Source: an uncultured delta proteobacterium
Lineage (GTDB): Bacteria; Desulfobacterota; Binatia; UBA9968
DNA length: 64,000 nucleotides
Assembly (NCBI GenBank): GCA_963804165.1
Contig: CAWDPO010000038.1
Span: 22,079-86,078 of the forward strand
Direction of reading: 5' to 3'
Shown here: positions 54,281 through 64,000 of the stretch, in pieces
How the letters are laid out: each line of letters starts with the position of its first letter
How positions within the stretch are numbered: the stretch's first letter is position 1
Notes under the pieces: model-generated
Told to the model about the DNA's origin: nothing
Databases searched by the model: none
The model's input: only the letters and a program-made list of their open reading frames with translations
Made by a program: the position numbers and the translations under genes

Positions 54281-56110
54281 TGTGCGGCATAGTCGGATAC
54301 ATCGGCCATCGGGAAGCTGCGCCGCTGATACTGGAAAGTCTGAGAAAGCTTGAATACCGCGGCTACGACTCCGCTGGCATTGCCGTGTTAAACGACGGCC
54401 AGGTGACGATCCGCCGCTGCGAAGGCAAATTGAGTAATCTAGAGACGATGCTACGCCGTCAACCGATGACAGGCGCTGTCGGCATCGGCCACACGCGCTG
54501 GGCAACCCACGGCCGCCCGTCGGAAACCAATGCGCACCCACACAGCGCAGGCGACGTCGTCGTGGTGCACAACGGCATCATCGAAAACTATCTCGAGCTA
54601 AAAGAGCAACTTGCCAAGCGCGGTACCCGTTTCAGCTCGGAGACCGACACGGAGATCGTCGCTCATTTGGTCGCGGAAAAGATCGAGCGGGGCGTGGATT
54701 TTCTCGATGCCGTGCGCCGCACACTGCAGGGAAATTCACGGCTCTTATGCGCTGTTATTTCTCAATCGCCGCGATCCGCGGCGCTTGATCGTCGCGAAAA
54801 ATTCCACGCCCATCGTGATCGGCTGGGGCGAAGGAGAGACTTTTATCGCTTCCGACATTCCGGCGCTGCTCGACTATACGCGTAAAGTGACTTTTCTCGA
54901 AGACGGCGAAATCGGCGAAGTTACACTGGGCTCCTATCGAGTGCTCGACGGCAAGGGAAAAACTATTCATCGTCCCGTCAAGGAAATCACCTGGGACGCG
55001 GTGGCGGCGCAAAAGGGCGGCTATGCGCATTTTATGCTCAAGGAGATTCACGATCAGCCTCGCGCTCTCGCCGACACGTTCCGCGGTCGCATCTCACTCA
55101 AAGACGGACAGGTCTCCCTTGAAGACATTGAACTAACGACGAGTGCCGTCAAGCAAATCAAGCGGTTTCATTTGGTCGCCTGCGGCACCGCCTGGCACGC
55201 CTGCCTGGTCGGCAAGTTTATGCTCGAAGAAATCGCCGGTATTCCCGCCGAAGTTGACTACGGCTCCGAGTTTCGCTACCGCTCACCGCTGATGGATCCG
55301 AAGTCGGTACTGCTCATGGTCAGCCAATCCGGCGAAACCGCCGATACTCTGGCGGCCACGGAAATTGCGCGCGCCAAAAAAGCTAAGATCCTGTCGATCT
55401 GCAATGTCATCGACTCATCGATTCCGCGCAAATCGGACGGCGTGTTGTACACTCATGCCGGGCCGGAAATTAGCGTGGCAAGCACCAAAGCTTTTACCAC
55501 CCAATTGACCGCGCTTTACTTGCTGGCGGTGGCGTTGGGCCGGCTCAACGGCAAGCTTAAGCCGGCGGACGCGAGAAAATTATTGCGCGATCTGATGTCT
55601 CTGCCGAGCTGGATCGAAAAGGCTTTAGAAATTGAAAACCAGGTCAAGGAGCTGGCGCGTGACCTCATGCATAGCTCCGATTTTCTCTATCTCGGCCGTG
55701 GTATCAACTACCCGATCGCGCTTGAGGGCGCACTCAAACTCAAAGAGATTTCCTATATTCACGCCGAAGGTTATCCGGCCGGCGAGATGAAACATGGCCC
55801 GATCGCTTTGATCGACGAAAAGATGCCGGTGGTCGTATTAGCGCCGCACGACCGTTACTTTCAAAAAACCATGAGCAACCTCAAGGAAGTCGAATCACGC
55901 GGTGGCAAGGTTGTCGTATTGACGGACGATGCCAACACCGCGAGCGAACTCGCCGGACACCGGGTCTTGACGCTGCCCAAAGCATCCCACTATCTTACGC
56001 CCATCGTGATGACGATACCGCTGCAACTGCTTGCCTATTATATCGCCGTGCATCGCGGCACGGACGTGGATCAGCCGCGCAACCTTGCTAAGAGCGTGAC
56101 GGTCGAATAA
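54280..56110 (+). CDS. glmS: Glutamine--fructose-6-phosphate aminotransferase (one frameshift near 54730)
   Basis: [38 protein letters not shown]. Confidence 0.96.
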
Positions 56111-57381
56111 TGGCCCTCTTCGAGCGCGGGTCGATCAACCTCGCGCGCACGCTCAGTTCGCTGCGCCACCGCAACTTTCGTCTGCTATTTTTCGGTACGA
56201 GCTTGTCCCACGTGGGCGATTTTCTTCAAGCCATGGCGCAAAGCTGGCTGGTGTGGACGATGACCGGCTCGCCGCTTCTGCTCGGTGTCGTCGGTTTCTG
56301 CCAAGCGTTACCGCGTCTGCTGTTGGGCGCTGTCGGCGGCGCGATCGTTGACCGCGTCGAGCGCCGCCGGCTGCTGCTTTGGACGCAATTCTCGGCGATG
56401 GCGCAGGCGTTTACTTTTTGGGCGCTCGTCTATTTCGAAACGATCCAATTCTGGCACGTGATCGTTCTGGTACTGTTCCTGGGCACGGTCAATACCGTGA
56501 ATCAAACCGCGCGCCACTCGTTGATCAATAACTTGGTGCCGCGCGAGGATCTCATGAACGCCATCGCGCTCAACTCCTCGATGGCCAATATGGCAAAGAT
56601 CATCGGTCCGTCCATCGGCGGCGTGTTGATCAGCGTGATCGGTGTCGCCGGATGTTTATTCGTCAATGCCGTGAGCTTTTTGACCATCATCGTCACGCTC
56701 GTCGTGATGGAATTCCCGGCGCTTCGAGCCAAGACCAAAGATGAAGCGCCATTTTGGCAAGAGGTCGTGGAAGGCTACCAATTTCTGCACGGCCAGCGGC
56801 GCCTATTTTCCATTGTTTTACTGACCTACGGCATCGCACTCGTGGGCACGCCGTACACACGCTTTCTGCCCGTGTTTGCAACCGACGTGTTGCATGCCGG
56901 TCCGTCGACATTCGGCCTGCTTCTCGCCGCGCCGGGGATCGGCGCCGTCATTGCCGGGTTGGGCATCGCTTCCTTCGCCAGACTGCGCCGCCGCACACAC
57001 TTTGTCGCGATGAGTGTCTATGCCTTTTCCGTGTTTTTGATCTTATTTTCGTTCTCCCGGTCGCTGCCGCTGTCGATGCTTTTTTTGATGCTGGTCGGCG
57101 CCAGCAATATCGCTATTCGCGCGGTCGCCAACACCATTGTGCAAATGGAAACGCCGCCGGAGTTATTGGGGCGGATGCTGAGCTTGTTCTTTATGGACAA
57201 AGGACTTTGGTCGTTTGGCACGCTTTTTATCGGTAGCATCGCCCATGTCATCGGCACGCCGAACGCGATTGCCGTATCCGGACTATGTTGCGCTATCGCT
57301 GCGTCCTTGCTGCTCTACCAGCAAAGACAGGCGCGCGAGGTCCAACCGGTCGAAAGCTTAAATCGTCGCATCGCGCAGTAA
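56110..57381 (+). CDS. MFS transporter
   Basis: LRHRNFR, G.IVDR.ERRRLL motif A, multiple TM segments. Confidence 0.9.
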   Translation: MALFERGSINLARTLSSLRHRNFRLLFFGTSLSHVGDFLQAMAQSWLVWTMTGSPLLLGVVGFCQALPRLLLGAVGGAIVDRVERRRLLLWTQFSAMAQAFTFWALVYFETIQFWHVIVLVLFLGTVNTVNQTARHSLINNLVPREDLMNAIALNSSMANMAKIIGPSIGGVLISVIGVAGCLFVNAVSFLTIIVTLVVMEFPALRAKTKDEAPFWQEVVEGYQFLHGQRRLFSIVLLTYGIALVGTPYTRFLPVFATDVLHAGPSTFGLLLAAPGIGAVIAGLGIASFARLRRRTHFVAMSVYAFSVFLILFSFSRSLPLSMLFLMLVGASNIAIRAVANTIVQMETPPELLGRMLSLFFMDKGLWSFGTLFIGSIAHVIGTPNAIAVSGLCCAIAASLLLYQQRQAREVQPVESLNRRIAQ

Positions 57382-58363
57382 CTGGGCGGCATCCTCGGGC
57401 GCGATTGAGTTCATAAACATTCCGGAGCCCCACTCAAACCCCGCCGCTCTCGTGACCTGCGGCATGATCTCGATGTGCCAGTGATGGTGCGGCGTCGCGA
57501 GCTCTTGCGCTGGCGCCGAGTGGATGACGTAACTGAAAGGCGGGTTGTCAAGGACGCGGTTTAGTCTTGAGATGGAATCTTTGAGCGTGTGAGCCAGCGC
57601 CACGATATCTTCCTCCGTGTTTTGCTCAAAGGTGGCAGCGTGGTTCTTGGGTAGGATCCAAATTTCGTAACCGAATCGCGGCGCGAACGGGCAAAGCGCA
57701 ACGCAGCGCTCCGTGTCCGACACCAGTCGCTCGCCGCAGTCAATTTCGCGCTGAACGATGGCGCAATAGACGCAGCCACCCGTCGAGTCAAAATGTTTCT
57801 TTGTGTTGTTGAGTTCGTCAATGACTTCACGCGGCACGCACGGCAACGCTACAAGTTGCGAGTGGACATGTTCCAAGGTCGCGCCGGCACGCTCGCCTTG
57901 GTTTTTGTAAAGCATCAGGTAGCGCCACCGTGGATCGCCTCGGAGCGCGCGCATGCGCTCCCGATAGGCGCGTAGGATCTTGGCGAATTGGTCGAGACCG
58001 AGCGTGCCCATGTTGATCGCATGATCTGGGCACTTCGATGATCACTTCATGGACGCCGAGACCATTCGACGACTCGTAAAGGCCGTTTTTTACCGCCATC
58101 CAGTCGCCGTTGTTTTCGAGCGCCGGATATTTATTGGGGACCACGCGCACCTGCCAGCCTGGCGCGTTGGCGGGCGTATTACTTTCCCGTTGCGCCCAGA
58201 CCTCCGGTGGCGTCATGGCCTCATTACCGGCGCAGAAAGGACAGCGCGTGGCGGTGACTTGCGCTCGATCCCCATCACTCCTGTAGTGTCTTGGGCGCTT
58301 GGCGCGTTCCGAAGCGATGATGACCCAGCGGTCAGTCACCGGATCTTTTCTAAATTGAGGCAT
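57358..58363 (-). CDS. galT: Galactose-1-phosphate uridylyltransferase family (frameshift near 58030)
   Basis: RKDPVT.RWV, CPFC, VPNKYP, AGATLEH.HSQ, AGFEWGSG. Confidence 0.88.
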
Positions 58364-58395
58364 TGCGGCTAGCGGTTGCCTGGCGCGATCATTTA

Positions 58396-59016
58396 CTACG
58401 GTGCGTCGCCCGTTTTGGGGGCGAATCCTTTTGCTAGAAAATAAAACTCCGAAGATCCTTGGCGCGTCGCTTCCGGCTTAGTCCGCTGCACGTTGGAGAA
58501 ATGTTTTTTGATCTCGGCCGTGAAGCTATGCAGGTCGTTGCTAATGAAACTCTTGATAAGCAAGGAACCGCCCGGCCGAAGCAGGTCGATGGAGGTTTTT
58601 AGCGCGATTTGATTGAGTTCCAAGCAGCGCGCCATATCGGCGTCACGTATGCCGCTCAGCTTGGGTGCCAGATCGGAGAGCACGCAATCCGCAGGTTTGG
58701 CCAAAAGCTCTCTAATTTTTTTTTGGATTTCGGCGCTTGTCATATCGCCTTGGAGCAAAATGATATTGCGTTCGTGAAAAGGCTGGATCGCTTGCAAATC
58801 GACGCCGACGATTTTGCCGTTCTGTCCGACAATCCTTCCGGCGACTTGGAGCCAGCCCCCTGGCGCGGCGCCGAGATCGATGACCGCATCACCGGCTCTC
58901 AAAAGACGATAGCGTTGTTGCAATTCAAGCAGTTTGTAAGCGGCGCGTGAGCGATAACCTTCTTGCTTGGCTTTCTTGAAAAAGCTGTCGTGAGGGTTGT
59001 AGACCATTGTGCTCAT
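58396..59016 (-). CDS. rlmE: 23S rRNA Um2552 methyltransferase RlmE/FtsJ
   Basis: YRSRAAYKL, DLGAAPGGW, LSDLAP, SSEFY. Confidence 0.93.
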   Translation of the reverse strand: MSTMVYNPHDSFFKKAKQEGYRSRAAYKLLELQQRYRLLRAGDAVIDLGAAPGGWLQVAGRIVGQNGKIVGVDLQAIQPFHERNIILLQGDMTSAEIQKKIRELLAKPADCVLSDLAPKLSGIRDADMARCLELNQIALKTSIDLLRPGGSLLIKSFISNDLHSFTAEIKKHFSNVQRTKPEATRQGSSEFYFLAKGFAPKTGDAP

Positions 59017-59053
59017 TGAATCAGTAGTTCGGGCATTCTGGCCGATTCAGGCT

Positions 59054-59088
59054 AAAAAAAAGCCCAGCCTAGAAGTCAGGCTGGGCTT
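59054..59088 (-). terminator. Intrinsic terminator after the OmpA-family gene
   Basis: AGCCCAGCCT / AGGCTGGGCT 10-bp stem then a T-run on the minus strand. Confidence 0.85.
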
Positions 59089-59113
59089 GTACGACGGAAA
59101 TTAATCGTGTCGT

Positions 59114-59876
59114 TCAGCGCGCTCCTTTCACCTGGAATTCGACACGGCGATTGACCGCACGAGCCCACTGCGCGTCCTGGTTGACCAGTGGTTTGCCTTC
59201 GCCGACGCTCGCAGCCGACATGCGACTTGGGTCGATACCTTGCGCCGAAAGCTCTTTCATCACCGTCTGAGCGCGACGTTGCCCCAATTTCTGATTGTAT
59301 TCGTCGTTGCCGACCGCGTCAGTATGGCCTTCGATAACCACGGTTAGGTCCGCCTTTTCTTTTAATCGCTGTGCGGCCAAGTAGACTTGGCCTTTGCCAA
59401 TGTCCGTAAGTTCAGCGGAGTCGAAGCGAAACGCGACTGTGGGAAAACGAAATTTTCGACTTCGACAATTTTCGGCACTTCCTTGATGACGAGTCTTTTC
59501 CACCGGCACCTCGACGATCTTGACAGTTTCAGCAGCGGCGCTGGGCGCGGCAGCTGGTGGCTGCGGCGAGCGACTGTGCTTCGGCGGAACCTTTTTGGCG
59601 ACGCCATAATCATGTATCGGCTGTGGCTCGGCCAAAACCGGCGGATGCGGACGGTGACCAAAAAAGGCTTCCTGTGGCTCGGTCGCGCTGACCAGAAAAT
59701 GGAAGGGACGAAATATAGTCCATTCCGCCAACCAACCTACCGGATGCATCAAGTAGGCGGCGATCCTTAACGGATGCGATTGGCTGTCGTCGTATTCGTC
59801 CGGCGCGGCGAAACCGTCTTGGCGCTGAAGCGAAAACGAACAATAAGAGCCGAGCACAAAGACTGCGCGTCTTCAT
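59114..59876 (-). CDS. OmpA/Pal C-terminal-domain protein (frameshifts)
   Basis: F.FDSAEL, IEGHTD..G..YNQKLG.RRA, NRRVE; AAGGAGG RBS. Confidence 0.85.
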
Positions 59877-59990
59877 GGCATGCCCTCCTTAAGAGACTAG
59901 AAGACAAGTTTAGGTGCTGCGATCTTTTGTCAAATTTTCTTCACTCTTGGTTTGTAAGCACGCCGCCTGGTCTATGAAGGGTCATCTTTT

Positions 59991-60006
59991 TGGCAATATT
60001 ACTGCT
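59991..60006 (+). promoter_or_regulatory. Possible sigma-54 promoter
   Basis: TGGCAATATTACTGCT has GG-N10-GC spacing about 30 nt upstream of the next ATG. Confidence 0.25.
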
Positions 60007-60034
60007 GGTTCGCTGACAAACGGGGATACTAACC

Positions 60035-60791
60035 ATGCGTGTGAATTCGAAGAAAACGGGCCGCTTATATCGATCACTTGGGACCGCCCGCCGTTAAATG
60101 TCTTGGATCTCGCTCTCTTGCGCGAGTTGGATCAGAGTGCTGAGCGCTGCGCGCGGACCCTGAATTGATGTGGTGGTGCTTCGCAGGGGCGGGCGACCGG
60201 GCGTTTTCCGCCGGCGTGGACATCAAGGATCACACCAAAGAAAAAGTTCCCGAGATGCTCGACGTCGTCCACGGGGTGATTCGCAAGCTCTTGGCGTGCC
60301 GCAAGTGACGATCGCCGCGGTTCGCGGCGTTTGTCTCGGCGGCGGCTTGTGAAGTGGCGAGCTCGTGCGATTTTATCGTCGCTTCGGAGGAAAGTTCGTT
60401 TGCCACCCCGGAGATTCTTGTCGGTTGCTACCCGCCGGTGGCGCTGGCGCGCTTCTCATTGATCGGCTATCACCGGGCCGCGGAAATGATTCTCACCGGG
60501 CGGCGCTTTAGCGCCCGCGAAGCTCAGGCCATGGGATTGATCAACCGAGTGTTTACTCGCAAACCAGCTCGACGCGGCTCTCAAGAAGCTAGTGGACGAG
60601 CTCCTCGGCAAAAGCGGCGCGGTGTTACGCTTGACCTTAAAAGGCTTGCGCGAATTGTCCTTGCGGGGTTTCGATCGGCGCTCAAGCGGTCCGAAGAAAT
60701 ATATTGCGGGGAACTCTACAAACCGCATGACGTCGAAGAAGGCGTCAAGGCATTTCTTCAAAAGCGCCCGCCCAAGTGGCGGCATCGCTAA
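60035..60791 (+). CDS. Enoyl-CoA hydratase/isomerase family (several frameshifts)
   Basis: DRPPLNVLD, VRGVCLGGG, CDFIVA....FATPEI, VEEGVKAFL.KR.P.W across fragments. Confidence 0.8.
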
Positions 60792-60865
60792 AGGCATTCG
60801 CTAGCGCCATCGATTCTCGCCGCTGAGTTTTCAAATGTACCGTCCATATGTTAGGTTTTCCTGCA

Positions 60866-61636
60866 ATGGCTGACTTTGAAGTCAAAATCGCCACCGAGCC
60901 GAGCGAGATCGAAGAAGCCCAGCGGCTCCGGTTTCAAGTATTCAACCTTGAGCTCAACAAGGGATTGAAATTTCCTATGAACGCGGTTTGGATGTCGACG
61001 AATTCGATCCGTTTTGCGATCACTTGATCGTCCGCGATCTCAAAAGCAGTGATGTGGTCGGCACCTACCGCTTGCATGCGGGGCTCGAAGCGCGCCGTCA
61101 CATCGGCTTCTATTCCGAGAAAGAATTCGATCTTTATCGCGCATCAAAGCGCTCGATGGCGAATTGCTTCGAGCTCGGCCGCTCCTGTGCGCGCAAGGAT
61201 TTCCGCGACCGTGCGCTCATCCCGCTTATGTGGGAAGCGATCGCCGAGCAGGTCAAAAATCATCAAGGTGCGCTATCTTTTCGGCTGCGGCAGCCTTTAC
61301 ACGACGGACGTTGCTGAAGTCAGCGCGATGTTTTCGCTGCTCAAAAATAAATATTATGCGCTACCGAGCTTATCGAGTCTTTCCCGTGGAAAAATGTCGC
61401 TTTCAACGGATTCATCGAGACAGTGGCGATCGCCGATGAGCCGGCGCTGTTTCAGAAACTGCCGAGTTTGATCAAGGGCTATCTGCGCATCGGCGCGTTG
61501 GTCTGCGGCCCGCCGGCACTGGATCGAGTTCGGCACGGCCGATTTTTTCTTGCTCTTGGATTTCGGCGCTTTGAAGGGCGAATACCTTAAGCGGCTCGGC
61601 TTGACGGATTTGAAGGTGAGCGATGCGCCTGCTTAA
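60866..61636 (+). CDS. GNAT N-acyltransferase, OlsB-like (frameshifted)
   Basis: AQRLRFQVF..E, D.DEFD..CDHL, VGTYR, ELGRSC, YLFGC, LIKGYLRIG. Confidence 0.78.
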
Positions 61637-62476
61637 ATTAACCGCGTTTCTTTCGCTCTGGGCATTTTTCTTCGTCCTTGGTGGCGTTGGTGCATCTGTG
61701 GGTCTCGATCCTCGGTCTGCCCAATCGCTGGAAAATCGTCAGCCGGCTCAATCGAAACTTACACCTTGCTGTTGCGACTCGATTCTCAACATCAAAGTCA
61801 CCTCTCGGGCGATGAAGGCCAGATGGAACGGGGCGGCTATGTCATCATCGCCAATCACATGAGCTACGTCGACGGCATCGTGCTTGGCAGTATCTTTCCG
61901 ATTGTCTTCGTCTCCAAAAGAGAAGTGCACAGCTGGCCCGTCGTCGGCCAATGGAATATTCTCTGCGGCACGATCTTCATCGACCGCCAAAGAAAAGGGC
62001 TAGTCGGCAGGTTGGTTCGAAGAGATGGCGCGCAAGCTCAAGCAGGACGCAAATATTCTGTTTATTTCCCGAGGGCACGTCGACCAACGGCGAACACATG
62101 CTGCCGTTTCAAACCGTGCCATTGGCGGCGCCGCTGCGCAGCCGTTCGATCATCGTGCCGGCGACGATCACGTATAAAACCATCGACGACGCCGGTTAGC
62201 GCGGCCAATCGCGATCTTGATCTATTGGTACGGCGAGATGGATTTCGTCACACATTTTTGGAAGCTGTTGGCGCTGCGCGGCGTCGAGGTGCTGATAACG
62301 ATCCAGCCCAAGATCGAATGTTTTCGTTACCCGGATAATTCGCTGGGCGAAAAAAACTGGCCGAGGACTGCTACAATAGAGTCCTCGGCCGGGTGACGGA
62401 AACTAGTTCAGATCAGGATGAAGAGAGCGAAAGCGGGCGAGCGAGCCGCGTTACTTCCCAGTTAATTGCTTCTTGA
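61623..62476 (+). CDS. Lysophospholipid acyltransferase, PlsC/OlsA-like (frameshifted; end approximate)
   Basis: NHMSYVD, FIDR, FPEGTSTNG motifs. Confidence 0.8.
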
Positions 62477-62905
62477 TATTCTCGACGAACTCTTTGAGCA
62501 TCGCGTCGGCTTTCTTGCGGATGATCGGTTGACCGAACTCGCCGATCTTGCCGAGAATATTCACGTCGGTTTCGACGACAAGCTCGGTCATAGTTGGCGC
62601 TGATCTCTTTCAAGCTTCATCATAGTTTTGCCGTTAACCGCGCCCGCCGCCATGCGGTCTTTCGCTTCAGCACGCAGCGCGGCGCGCCAATCGGTTTTGT
62701 TTTGCTCTTCAAGGATAATCTTGCCTTGCAGGTTCAACTTGATCGGGCCGACGCGCACGGTGAGCGCGCCTTCATAGGTTGTGTCGTCGATCTTGCTGAC
62801 CGAATCCACCCCGGGCAGCGACTTGGCTACCTTGGGCACATCCATCAAGAATTCCCAAAGCGGTTCACGGGCCACGGGAATCTGGGCGGTCTGGGAAAAT
62901 TTCAA
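62451..62905 (-). CDS. CoxG/SRPBCC family protein (frameshift)
   Basis: LWEFLMD...VAKSLPG, VRVGPIK; C-terminal ILGKIGEFG in the shifted frame. Confidence 0.8.
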
Positions 62906-63845
62906 CGTTTTTTGCCTTTCTTGGCGGCTTTCTTTTTGCGGGTTTCGGCTTCGGCGCCGCTTTGGCTTTGGCCTGCTGGCGAATGTCGGCTAGCGCTTTT
63001 TCCAGCGCGCGCCGGACGAATACCGCTGCCATATCGTTCTTGTAGGCTGCCGAGCCGCGGAAATCGCTGACCGGGTCGACGGCTTGTTTAGCCTTCTCTC
63101 CCGCTTCAGCAAAAGCTTCGGCCTTCAAGCGGTTGGCCGCGCAGCACCGCTTCGGCTGCGGTGGCCCGGATCGGCGTCACGCCGACGCTACCCAGCGCGA
63201 TGCGCACATCGGCGATGGTTTTCATTGTCTTGTCGAGGGTCAGCACTGCCGCCGCCGAGACGGTGGCATAATCATCCGCCGTGCGCGGCAAAAATTTAAT
63301 ATAGGCCGCGCCGGTGTTGGGCGCCTGTTTCGGCACCATCACTTCGGTGATGATCTCATCGGGATTGAGCAGAGTCTCATAATAATCTTTGAAAAATTCA
63401 TCGAGGGGAATCACTCGGCTGCCGGACGGCGAGGTCGCTTTCACTGTGGCGCCAAGCGCGATCAGGCTGGGCGGGGGATCCTGGTTGGGATCGGCATGGG
63501 CCAAGCCGCCGCCGACGGTGGCCATGTTGCGTATGCGCAGGGTGGCGACATGGTGATAAGTCTCGGCCAACATCGGCAAGCGCCGGCGCACTCAGCGACG
63601 AGCTTTCCACTGCTCTATGGGAGGCCAGCCCGCCGATCGACAAGCCGCCGTCTTTTATTTCGATGCCGTTCAAGCCGCGCACCGAGCTCAGGCTGACCAG
63701 GCAGGTGGGCCGGACCAAGCGCTGTTTCATCATGATCACCAAGGGCGGTGCCGCCGGCGAGCAGCTTGGCGTCGCCGCCAAATTCTTTTAGTGTCGCGTG
63801 GACTTCTTTGAGACTCTTCGGGGTGCGATATTCAAAAGGTATCAT
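62865..63845 (-). CDS. Molybdenum hydroxylase FAD-binding subunit (CoxM/CutM-like; frameshifts)
   Basis: FEYRTPKSL, LLAGGT, IRNMATVGG.LAHADP..D.P, SDFRGSA.YK. Confidence 0.85.
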
Positions 63846-63858
63846 GGCTGTGTCCTTA

Positions 63859-64000
63859 TTATTTCGCGAATTGATGCGCTTTCTGGATCGATTCGATGAT
63901 CTTGTAATAACCGGTGCAGCGGCACAGGTTGCCCATCATCCAGTCTTTGATTTCGTCTTCGTTGGGCTTGGGGTTTTCTTTCAATAAAGCAGTCGCCGCG
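63859..64000 (-). CDS. Molybdenum hydroxylase 2Fe-2S subunit (CoxS-like), C-terminal part only
   Basis: Manual translation LLKENPKPNEDEIKDWMMGNLCRCTGYYKII; not in the ORF track. Confidence 0.88.
   Translation of the reverse strand, partial: AATALLKENPKPNEDEIKDWMMGNLCRCTGYYKIIESIQKAHQFAK

Noticed and set aside
54700-54760. Frameshift in glmS (also putA, the TPP enzyme, galT and the 59-64 kb genes) as programmed frameshifting or mass pseudogenisation
   Set aside because: Scattered single-base indels cluster by region, hit housekeeping genes with otherwise intact motifs and lack slippery-site signals; sequencing or assembly error is simpler. Reads are needed to be sure.
60345-60356. TGA after GGG in the enoyl-CoA hydratase as a second Sec site
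   Set aside because: The downstream sequence continues in another frame; removing one T restores GGGCEVA, so it is an indel.
62451-64000. Calling the coxS/M/G-like genes an aerobic CO dehydrogenase
   Set aside because: The large subunit with its diagnostic active-site motif is not in the window; only a generic molybdenum hydroxylase is supported.

Overview
A GC-rich bacterial window. Gene order and the expansion of orphan substrate-binding proteins suggest a deltaproteobacterial or Binatota-like genome (inference only). From left to right: a tandem array of at least 8 paralogous ABC_sub_bind (COG2984-type) genes whose junctions carry short heptamer repeats; a redox cluster with an OsmC-family gene split by an in-frame UGA followed by a SECIS-like hairpin (probable selenoprotein), an AhpD/CMD-like protein and a Trx-TPR protein; a TPP enzyme, putA, a hydrolase and a Kelch protein; a divergent pair of predicted diiron proteins; an amidohydrolase/racemase-fold/SBP operon; a large diguanylate cyclase; the conserved kdsB-pyrG-kdsA-kdsD-kdsC-lptCAB-rpoN-hpf-ptsN-rapZ-ptsH-metK-ahcY block; an unusual thiol-dioxygenase / asparaginase-like / nitrile-hydratase-like cluster; MetE-like, hemW, moaBDE, glmU-glmS, galT, rlmE, OmpA-like, OlsB/OlsA-like and coxSMG-like genes. 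Many genes have single-base frameshifts, including housekeeping glmS, most simply explained as assembly indel errors. I saw no rRNA, tRNA, CRISPR array or transposase. All calls come from reading motifs by eye; no database search was run.
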